Source: Octopus vulgaris (taxonomy: Eukaryota). From it: DNA of 64,000 bases. Position numbers and translations under genes: made by a program. This document shows, piece by piece, positions 53,032-64,000 of the stretch. The stretch's first letter is position 1; each line of letters opens with the position of its first letter. The notes beneath the pieces are model-generated. The model had not been told where the DNA came from. It saw only the letters and a program-made list of their open reading frames with translations, and searched no databases. The DNA lies in assembly GCA_951406725.2 (NCBI GenBank), contig OX597816.1, positions 4,092,001-4,156,000 of the forward strand, given 5' to 3'.

Positions 53032-53807
53032 ACAAATAAATTACATTGAGTACCAAAAAAGAACCAAGAAAGAAAGGTCAGGCTTGGCCGAACACCGGTC
53101 ACGTGGAGAGAGAGAGGAGTGGTTACAACCAGAGGCGTAACCAGGTTCTAAAGTTAATGGGAGCGAACCTATAACAAAAAGGCACCGTGACACATACCGA
53201 GCAATTTTTAACTCGTTTCTCAATTGCTGAAAAAAGCGGCAATTTCGAAAGATGAGTTCGTGGAGAGCAGCCGCCACCCCACACCTGCTCCTCTATTAGC
53301 TACCCCACTCGTTTCACCCGCTTACATGATGAGTTCACTTCAGATCTAACTCTACTTCTCTTTCCATCGCACCCGAGTCAATAAAACAATAAAATCGATA
53401 TTTCAGTGAATACATTCTCTCCTTGCCAATGGTCGGACTTGTTTGAATGCAGAAAAATCGATATTTTAGTACCCGTTCTGTTATATCCATACGGTGTCAT
53501 CACGTTTCTCTTCGGATGGAAGATAGAACAGAACAAACTTTCATTTCAGCTCTTCTGAGAATGACCGTTATCTGCTTAGGTAAATATTCGCTCGGGAACT
53601 GGTCCGCGATGGCAGAGTGCAGATAGACCCGAAGGCTATATTTACGAAAATCTAGTCTCACACACGTATCCCGGATACCATATATCTCACTGCAAGTACG
53701 TATCGATCACTTTAATATGTTCGCACGGAAATCTATAAACACGCACAAATCGATCTCACAATGTACTTATGTTTAGACACAACACACACACAGACACACA
53801 CACAGAG

Positions 53808-53872
<65 letters not shown>

Positions 53873-53886
53873 TTATATATATATAT

Positions 53887-53953
<67 letters not shown>

Positions 53954-53968
53954 CACACATATATATAT

Positions 53969-54017
<49 letters not shown>

Positions 54018-54031
54018 TATATACATATATA

Positions 54032-54071
<40 letters not shown>

Positions 54072-54458
54072 CACGTGTGTGTGTATGTGTGTATGGATGT
54101 ATTTGCATACACAATAAAGTTAGATGTATACATACAACCATTTTTTTTCGCCTTCCTCTCTGTATCTCTCCCTCTGTGTGTGTATGTGTACGTATGCGTG
54201 CGTGTGTCTGTGTGTGTGTGTATGCGTATATGCGTGTGTGCATGTGCGCGCGTGTGTGTGTGTGTGTGTGTATGAATGTATATATGTGTATGTATTTTTA
54301 GCAATGGATCAGAAACAGTCAAGACACACGTCTAAGCACAATGCATTTGAGGAAAACAATTAGATCAACCCGTTTCTCACAAAACAGCCAACTTCGCTGC
54401 TGCTGTTGGTGCCACTAGCTGTAAACTCCTCTCTTCATTAATGAAATCATCCAACAGC

Positions 54459-54490
<32 letters not shown>

Positions 54491-55831
54491 CGGCAACAAC
54501 AACAGCAATGGCAACAGCAACAATAGCAATAATAATGTTAATGGTGACATCTATTGACGACAATAACTTTCCTTGACAACACCTATTGATAGTAAACAAG
54601 GCAATGAATATTAGTATAAACAATAATTGCAATAACGATGATAATTAATATATTGATGTTAAAAGAGAATTTGTTGAATGGAAGTGAACACAGAGGCAGA
54701 GATTCGTCGACAAGAGTCATTTTGCTTGGGAGACAGTTTTGTCGGCCTACGAGAGATGTCAGGATAATTGTCATGCATAGCATTAAGACCTTGTCTAACT
54801 AGAACTTAGTCCGTATTGTGGTTATAATTAATATGTAAATGGTTTTCTTGCTGGTAAACAAATTTGTTTCCGAATCGCAATCGAAGAGAGAAGCGGATAC
54901 CATAGGAAGGTGTGATATTTATTATATTTCCAAGGGTGTTACCGAAATAATTGAAAAGTTTCCAACTGGCATAGGGTGGAATCTTTTAAATTCGGCATCT
55001 CAAAAGTAGCCATTATATGAAAACCTTCGACGTTTAGCTGCGAGTGATGCCGAGCATGAGACACAGTCGGAAGTTCGTTGGTTACATTCCGTCGTTGCGA
55101 TGGAGACGAGATGAACTGATTGAAATTCTGAGAAAACGGTTTGAGAGTGAAGCCGATCCTGAGAGAGAAAGGGGATGGAGAGACGGGGGAATGGGGGGAG
55201 AGAGACAGAGAGAGGATGGGGGTAGAGAGATGAAGAGAGGGAAGGAGAAAGGCGGATGGGGAGAGAGAGAGAGAGTGAGAGAGGGTAAGAGAAAGGGTGA
55301 GACGGAAATCGATTATTTTATAGAACTTGCCAAGAAGAAAGACTAGCTGAATACTAGAACCTTCATTTCTCAAAGTTTTCTCTTGGAAACTTTGTGATTT
55401 TGTAAAAATACCCACCACCCTAAGCGATGCCGAAATAACTACATTAACGAACGCATGAGATCATTATTGTTTAAAGATAATTAGTTTTACCGTTTCGAAA
55501 GCCGACAAAGGTAATTTTCGTTATACACAGGAGGGTTTCATCAGTTTATTTATACGACATACACCGAAAATTGGTATGAAACACACAAATATCTTTGTGT
55601 CCTCACATAAAACAGGCGGAGAAGAGGAAGAGTAACGCCCACAACGATGTGGTTTATTGGTGCAAAGCCAAACAACCCACGTGAGCAATTGTCCGTTCTG
55701 TGCAACTGAAAATATTAAAACACAAACAATAACAGAATTGTTACAGGAGAGAAGAGATTTCTTTTCCTGCCCTCACGAACGGTGATGTACTCGGGCATGC
55801 ATACAAACATATATAAATATATACATTCAAA

Positions 55832-55960
55832 CATACATACATACATACATACATACATACATACATACATACATACATACACATACATACATACATACAT
55901 ACATACATACATACATACATACATACATACATACATACATACATACATACATACATACAT
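55832..55960. repeat. (ACAT)n microsatellite
   Basis: Direct reading. Confidence 0.95.
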
Positions 55961-56497
55961 AATATTTCCTGTGTGTATACAGTTAGCTATATAACTGCTA
56001 CTGGTGAATATAGAGTTTGCCGTAGAGTTTTATCGTCCAAACTGCTTCCGGCAGAGTTATATCAATACTACTGCACTTAGTAGTATTGTTCGTTATGACA
56101 AACAAAGCAATTGTCGGGAAGATATCATAAACACCGAGATGAAGTTTATAACATTTGGTCCCTACGTACGTTTCACCACTGTAACATTTCTATGATTTGC
56201 AGTGGATGTTCATAATGCAATCAGATGCTGACCTACAACGGATCATCAGAGGAACACATCATTGCACTATGCTTATGAAGATCAAATGCATATTTGTATG
56301 TATATATGCGCGTCTGTGTGTATGCATATATATGCATGTTTGTATGCATGTATGTATGCATGTATGTACGTACGTACACACGTATTTATGCATGTATATA
56401 TACATATATACATGTCTATATCGCTATCTATCTCCCTATATGTATATGCGCGTGGAGAAGTTGTAACTATGTGTTTATGTATATATGTATGCATGCA

Positions 56498-56545
<48 letters not shown>

Positions 56546-56651
56546 ATGAAGTTATCCAAATATGAATACAGTAAGAGAAAACACAACAACGCGAGGACGT
56601 GGAACAAGTAGAAGGTTATTGGACGCTCAGGAAAGGAAGGAAAGAAGGACG

Positions 56652-56686
56652 ATTTAACGTTTCGAGCGGAGCTCTTCGTCAGAAAC
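56652..56686 (-). ncRNA. Minimal hammerhead motif, second copy of the 11703 family (element 56541-56752)
   Basis: gttt CTGACGA a-gagc-tcc-gctc GAAA cg TT aaat. Confidence 0.72.
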
Positions 56687-56777
56687 ATAGAAAAAGGAAA
56701 GATTCAAGGAAGGGAGACGGAGGAAAAACATCGCCAACGATACGCACGCGGTCACACACACACACACACATACACAG

Positions 56778-56816
<39 letters not shown>

Positions 56817-57464
56817 CATATATTTATATACATATATATACACACACGCATACATATGTATGTATTTCTGTATATCCATATACGCCCAGCTTCAAACACA
56901 CACAGACACACACATGTTTACATGTTTGTACATTAGCTGATACAGGTTCATAATTAGGTATTACACTAGAAAACACTTCAGATGGTAATATAAAATTGTT
57001 CTTAGAGTTTATTCATTTGAAATTTCATGTGGTTTATATCGAACAGAGATGGATCCCGCAAGGCAACTTACACTTGGTTGCCTGCATGAAGGCAAAGTCT
57101 TTATGTAATAATCATTACAGGGCACTCTAAACACTTAAAGGTCCTTTGATCCCCAACAAAACCTTTCATCTTTATGTAGCGACTTGGAAGCAATTCAGTG
57201 AAGCGGATAACGATCTCTTTAAGATGTGGGAAAAGTCGGAGTTATTGAGACATGTGTTAATTACTCATCTAACAACCGGATTCTGTTGTAACAATATTCT
57301 GTTTACAGAAATGCATCCAGTCCAGTGAATTGGACAACGGCCCGGCGAGCAATTTCAAGGTCTAATAGAACCATGACCGCGACTAGGTTTTGAATCTGCA
57401 TTCTTACAAAGTCATTTCAGTTATGTTAAAAGGAATAAATTAAATGAGAAATTACACACAAGTA

Positions 57465-57505
<41 letters not shown>

Positions 57506-57512
57506 ATGTTTG

Positions 57513-57620
<108 letters not shown>

Positions 57621-58304
57621 CATATATATATATGCTTGTGCTTGCGTATCTGTGCATGCTTGTGTGGAGCATGTATGTTTGTATAATATGTGTGTGTACA
57701 TATATATATATATATTAGCATGGCTGCAGCTCTGAGCTGAAACTAAAAAATAAAAAAAAAATAAAAATATATATATACATATTCGCACCCACTCACCCAC
57801 ACACATGCATGTATGTATATAAATATATATTGATTGTTTTATTGATATTAACCTCTCACTAGTGTAAGTCTACCTTGTGATCAGTCTTAAGGTATATTGA
57901 TTATATATTCGATACATGCAGAATTGTGAAGCTTGCGTATTCAGCAGCTGTTAGAGTGCAGGATATGCATGAGGACATAAACCACGCGTAAATATACATA
58001 AGTACAGACACACACAGACACATATGAAGATATTTTTAAGCAGAGTTCTTCATTGATCTTAAAGAATTTCATCGATTATACTAATGCCAGTTCTCATTTT
58101 GGTGTGGTACTTATTTTATCGACCTTCATTTTTCAGCTAAGATATGGAACGTAAGGAGTTATCAACGTCAGCAGAACAATACGGGATTTTGGAAATGTGT
58201 ATATGGGGATAGACACCCTCGCAGGCGTTCATCAAAGTGTATAGACGCACATACACTCACACACCTACACTCGTTCACGCACTAATACACACACAAGCAC
58301 AAGC

Positions 58305-58335
<31 letters not shown>

Positions 58336-59190
58336 GTCGTTCAAGAATTTGGACCTGGAGATTTCCATTTCCAGCGATTTCAAGGGCCACCTCCTCCCAG
58401 TGGTGTCGGGCGTCAACGAAGAGCCCTCGACTACAACAAGACGACCAAAGTTTTCTTTTTCCAAGGTCTGGGGTCTCCCGCCCCTAAGCCCTAGACCATC
58501 ACCTAATCACCCTTACCCGTCTTGTTGCTTAACAACAACAACAACAACAACAACAACACACACACACTGTCGTAAGTGTAAGTGTGAAAATGTTGCTAAC
58601 GGAAATCAAACGTCCTCTCTATACCGTAAAGCAGTTGCGATTGCTCTACCAAGGCAGCATCCTAAGTTCGTTCTTCCAAATTCGAAACCTTAACCTGACA
58701 ATTCGGTTGCCTCTTACCAGCGCCCATATCAACAGGGAAATGAATTCTCACTCAATCAAGAATATGGTATCGTTTGTGTCTGTATGCGATAATCCTCTGC
58801 ACAATATCGGTGAACTAAATCATTCACAATTATTGATCAACTGCAATTTATATTGAAAAACTCTTGCCCAAATTTTGCGTAATAATATCGAATCCCAAAA
58901 CTTTGTAGCATAGAATGAAACGGGAGAGATTCTATAGTTTCTCTGGTTTCATAATTCGTATCTTCTGCCTCGGTTGCCTATGAATAGGAACATGTTCGCT
59001 CGAAATACCAAGATTATCAAATAATATAGTATGCTAACACTGTCAACATGGTTTCATTAATACTTAATTCATCTCCAAATGGCATTGCCAACGCACTGCA
59101 AATCCCTATCTCTTATTCTATTTAGCTATCCCCCTTTAGCTTATTTTTTTCTCTTCTTCTTGCCTAGCTTGTGTTATCTTTGCCCTTCAT

Positions 59191-59612
59191 ACTCTTTACT
59201 CTTTTACTCTTTTACTTGTTTCAGTCATTTGACTGCGGCCATGCTGGAGCACCGCCTTTAGTCGATCAAATCGACCCCGGGACTTATTCTTTGTAAGCCC
59301 AGTACTTATTCTATCGGGCTCTTTTGCCTAACCGCTAAGTGACGGGGGACATAAACACACCAGCATCGGTTGTCAAGCAATGCTAGAGGGATAAACACAG
59401 ACACACAAACATACACGCACACATATATATACATATATATATACATATATACGACGGGCTTCTTTCAGTTTCCCTCTACCAAATCCACTCACAAGGCTTT
59501 GGTCGGCCCGAGGCTATAGTAGAAGACACTTGCCCAAGGTGCCACGCAGTGGGACTGAACCCGGAACCATGTGGTTGGTAAGCAAGCTACTTACCACACA
59601 GCCACTCCTGCG

Positions 59613-59665
<53 letters not shown>

Positions 59666-59883
59666 ATATGTGTATGTATATGTGTCTGTGTTTGTCGCTC
59701 CAACATCGCTTGACAACCGATGGTGGTGTGTTTACGAACCCGTAACTTAGCGGTTCGGCAAAAGATAGAATAAGTACTAGGCATCCAAAGAATAAGTCCT
59801 GGGGTTGATTTGTTCGACTAAAAGGCGGTGCTCCAGCATGGCCACAGTCAAATGACTGAAACAATTAAAAGAGTAAGAGAGTA
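59191..59883. mobile_element. Divergent SINE-A pair: full minus copy (59191-59614) and plus-strand 3' half (59670-59883)
   Basis: A consensus on both strands around (TA)n. Confidence 0.85.
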
Positions 59884-60287
59884 AACTGCGTACGTAATAT
59901 TGATAAAACTCCAAAATTTTCATTTGCTTTCTCTACTTACTATCCAAGATTTTTTGGGTCAATAGTTATGCTAAATTCCACGTCTGTAAGGGGATGGCCT
60001 GATGGCAATGGGGAGAAAACAACCAAACATTTATTTCTGCCGTTATGTGGCACAAGGAGCGACTCAATGAGACGAGCTGGTGCTGAGCTGGTGTGCTTTT
60101 GATTCTGGTTTGGGTGCAATTTCATTTCTCTAAACAGTTTGAAAATTTAACAGCAGCCTTATCTCAAATGTTGTTCTTACACACACGCGTGCGCGCGCCT
60201 CCACATATATTGATAGAAAGATATTCATGCATACCCACACACACACATACATACATGCATATATATATATATATATATTTTTTTTTT

Positions 60288-60436
60288 TCTAGTTTCAGCT
60301 CAGAGCTGCGGCCATGCTGATGCACCGCCGTTTTGTGCTACACTGTTATTGCGACGAACCTCGTCTAATATGTGGCACTTGGTGAAGAATGGAGTTTGAT
60401 ACAGCTACTCTCATTTGCACCTCTTGCCGTGAGGTA

Positions 60437-60438
<2 letters not shown>
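60288..60438 (-). mobile_element. CR1-group LINE extreme 3' end (relative of 12900-13545)
   Basis: PTSRQEVQMRVAVSNSILHQ followed by ggcggtgcatcagcatggccgcagctctgagctgaaac. Confidence 0.7.
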
Positions 60439-60522
<84 letters not shown>

Positions 60523-61562
60523 ATATATATTTATATTTGTTTTTATTTCAATTTATGCTTAAAAACATTTCGACAGTAAACCGAACGATTACTCAATCCT
60601 TTTTTTTGTGGAATGCATGTTTATTAAAATTTTACGAACAGAAGCAACAACAAGAGACACAAAAGAATTTAAGCTTCTTTTTCCAGACTAATGCGTTTTA
60701 TTTATTGTAACGAGCAGCGGAAACCAAGTGCCGTGTCTTCGCTTGGTCCCATTCATTCCACCCCTATCACATAGTTTCTCATTTCTTCTATCTTTCACCT
60801 TGTAAATATCCATTTTCCTGGTTCCAGTGTTGAAGTAGAACCACCACCCTTTTCTAGTTTAATTTTATTTTTAGGTTTTATTTCTTTTCAAACACGCAAG
60901 CAACGTGTGAAACGTATCTATGTGTAAATTACATTTTAAAAATTAACAACAAAAATAAATTAATAATAGTATTGAAGAAGGAGGAGGAGGAGGAGAAGAA
61001 GTAGAAGTAGAAGAGGAAGGACGTGTGTCACGTTGTTGTGCGTTCATCACCAATGCAAGACGATGTAAAAAGAGGAAAAGTCAGTGTTAGAGACATCAAT
61101 AACAAGAAATGGAAGTAAATGTGGAGAGAGAGAAAGATAAAAAGACGAATTGTGTGGATGGAAGAATTACTGCAGCCGACCGAGCGCCATGCGCGTACAT
61201 GTCTTATATAGTCACAATATAAACATGTGAATAGAGACAATGAGAGTAATTAGCAAATATGGCCTGTGGTTAGTTATTTCGTGATGAAGGAGCGACAGTA
61301 AACAAGACAGTAAACAAAATGACGTGATCCGTGGTTTTACATTCGTTACGGTTTCGAGACCGACTCGAACCCCCGCTTATTTCCATTTGCAATGTTTATT
61401 TCCAACGAAGCAACATAAACGTCGCTCTTTCCAAACTTTTTTTCCTGCTGTGAGTATTTTTTTACAAAGCTTATACCTGTGATATTATCGGCTAATACCT
61501 GTAATATTATTGGTTAATACATGTAATACTATTGGTTAATACATGTAGTATGCATGTAACAT

Positions 61563-61935
61563 TGGAGGCGCAATGACCCAGTGGTTAGGGCAGTGGACTG
61601 GCGGTTTCGATTCCCAGACCGAGCGTTATGAGTGTTTATTGAGCGAAAACACCTAAAGCTCCACGAGGCTCCGGCAGGGGCTGGTGGCGAAACCCTGCTC
61701 TACTCTTTCACCACAACTTTCTCTCACTCTTTCTTCCTGTTTCTGTTGTCCCTGTATTTCAAAGGGCCAGCCTTGTCACATTCTGTGTCACGCTGAATCT
61801 CCCCGAGAACTACGTTAAGGGTACACGTGTCTGTGGAGTGCTCAGCCACTTGCACGTTAATTTCGTGGGCAGGCTGTTCAGGTGATCGGATCAACTGGAA
61901 CCCTCGTCGTCGCAACCGACGGAGTGCCACAACGA
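61563..61935 (+). mobile_element. SINE-C with imperfect TSD catgtaa(c/t)att
   Basis: Matches the C consensus. Confidence 0.88.
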
Positions 61936-62114
61936 CATGTAATATTAATAAGTTAACGAAGGTACTATAGTAAAATCACTGGTTGAATCCCCGAAAAGAT
62001 GTATTCGGGTGTTCAACGTATTTTCTGGTGTTCTTCGTGCTTCGTTCCTCAGGAGTCGAAAAAGGTGACTCGCGTATCAGTCTCACTTTGGTCTGCTATT
62101 CACTTGCACTAGAA

Positions 62115-62291
62115 TTCGCGGTATTTCGTCTGTGTTTACATTCTAAGTTCTAATTCCGCCGAGGTTGACTCTGCTTTTCACCCTTTTGGGGTCAATAAAT
62201 TAGGTACCAGTTATGTACTGGGGTCGATCTAATCGACTGGCTTCCCCAACCCCACAAAATGTCGGGCCTTGTGCCTAGAGTAGAAAAGAAT
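62115..62291 (+). mobile_element. SINE-B (beta tail)
   Basis: Matches the B consensus. Confidence 0.8.
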
Positions 62292-63901
62292 AAAATTCAC
62301 GGACTTTTGCCAAACATAAGAATCAATATTGCTTTGAAACATTGAAAGACCCGAAATGGTCAAATGCTAAACCTAGAACTGTCATAGGAATTATTACAAT
62401 AACTCATTTCTCCTCAACTGAAATCTCTACAGAGAAGATATTGTTTTACATTTATTTACAGTCAGGTTTAACAATAGCGGTGAATGCAGTCCAATTATAT
62501 TATAGTCATTTATATATCAACAGTTGGTTTTGTACCTAAAGATGAAATCTATATTTATAAATGTCGTTAAGTATACATTTTCGGCATATTCCGCCAGTCG
62601 CCTGTCTTCGATTCATATTTCTATATTTTCTGTGTATTTAGATCTGTACCCTTCTAAGAGGAAATTGTACTGTTATCGCTAAATCTCGTATCTGCCTTCT
62701 ACATATTCGAGCAATTGTTCCAAGTCAAAATTAAGAATATTTAATTAATTTGTCGTTTAATTATCGCTTTTCTATATCCCCATGTCAACCCTGATGAAAT
62801 AAATTTATGTTCCAGTCGTGACGAACACGTTAACCATTTTCAAACCGACTTTCCAGGAGTACATTTTCCACGCCGTGCCTTTTCATTTTGTAAAGTATTG
62901 ATTGTGATATGAAGTAAATTTAACTGCTATTTCAGCAGATTGGATGACCACGCACTCGCTTATGGTCAGGTCGAGGTTTTCCTTTATTAATTAAGCATAA
63001 AACTAACTTAAATAGAGAAGAGCGAACAGTATATACCAATTCTGTTTTTTATATCAAATTTTGAGAGAAAAGTGAGAAAGGGACACAAAAGATCTGCAAG
63101 TCGATTCTGTCCGAATTTGAACTCAGAACTTTGTAAACACACTGAGAAATGAATTTGATATTCTCCGTTCCCATTCAATCTTAATTCTCCAATGATAAAA
63201 TTCATTCTTTCATTGACTCGAGACAACACATTGGCTAACTGAACCGCACCCCTGATGTTGTTATCACTGACTCCAATACATACCTCGGTACATGTATAAG
63301 CGGCACCGGAGAAATGCAATATATAGGGGCTCTGTGTGTCCCTGAGCCAGGGGCGTAGAAGGGATGGAACTAAATAAACTTAAATACATTAAGACATTAT
63401 TTAGTCTGGCTTTCTACTGTTTACACTAAATTGTTGCTATTGATGCGGATGGAGGATTTTCTGTGGTTACTAGTAGAAACAGCTTCAACAACTCCTTAAA
63501 ATCATGCGCTATCATGTGGTAATCAAGGGGGACGAACGCATCTCTTAATGTAGTCATTGATATATTATGCCTGAACAGAATTAAAAAACCAAAAACCAAA
63601 AAAAATGACGACAATAAGAAAATATAGATTTGATTGAAGCTGGAACACATTTGATCGGAGAACTGTATTGATCACGGCTGACCTGAGGGAGAGGAGGTCG
63701 TAACAGCCACCACAACAATAACAACAGCAGCAACAACAACGCACTTGGAATTGTGGAATTTTTGCTTTGCTGCTAATGATGTCATACATACATACATTCG
63801 TACATACATACATACATGTATATACGTGCACACACACACATATACATACATGCACACACACACATATACATGCACACACACACACACATACACACACACA
63901 T

Positions 63902-63949
<48 letters not shown>

Positions 63950-64000
63950 GCACACACACACAGATAGACAGTTAAACAGACACAGAGAGATAGATATTAA

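Noticed and set aside
53761-54363. Long YI/HT/CV-rich ORFs here and throughout the window
   Set aside because: These are translations of (TA)n, (CA)n and (TACA)n microsatellites
58340-58494. TGF-beta-like RQRR/ALD cleavage motif
   Set aside because: No following cysteine pattern and no clear splice sites; likely chance

Overview
AT-rich, repeat-dense eukaryotic DNA. The SINE repertoire and microsatellite load suggest an octopus or other coleoid cephalopod genome, but this is an inference from recall, not a search. No intact host protein-coding gene is recognisable, and nearly all listed ORFs are microsatellite or SINE read-throughs. The window holds many tRNA-derived SINEs (called A-F here), 5'-truncated LINEs (CR1-group, RTE, and an R4/Dong-type REL element in (TAA)n), decayed mariner and Penelope-like ORF remnants, a 20 x 39-bp tandem array and many microsatellites. 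The main signal is a set of short, mostly fold-back elements, often set in (TA)n, that carry minimal type I hammerhead ribozyme (HHR) motifs from several unrelated sequence families. Two have perfect cores (32085-32125 and 48660-48719, both minus strand) and one family has a fixed core variant. A second signal is SINE-B, which occurs as head-truncated concatemers with the same tail-to-body junction at several loci. One concatemer lies inside a single 13-bp TSD, which suggests a circular-RNA or rolling-circle intermediate. A SINE/LINE partner pair is also directly visible. Coordinates were read by eye and are approximate.
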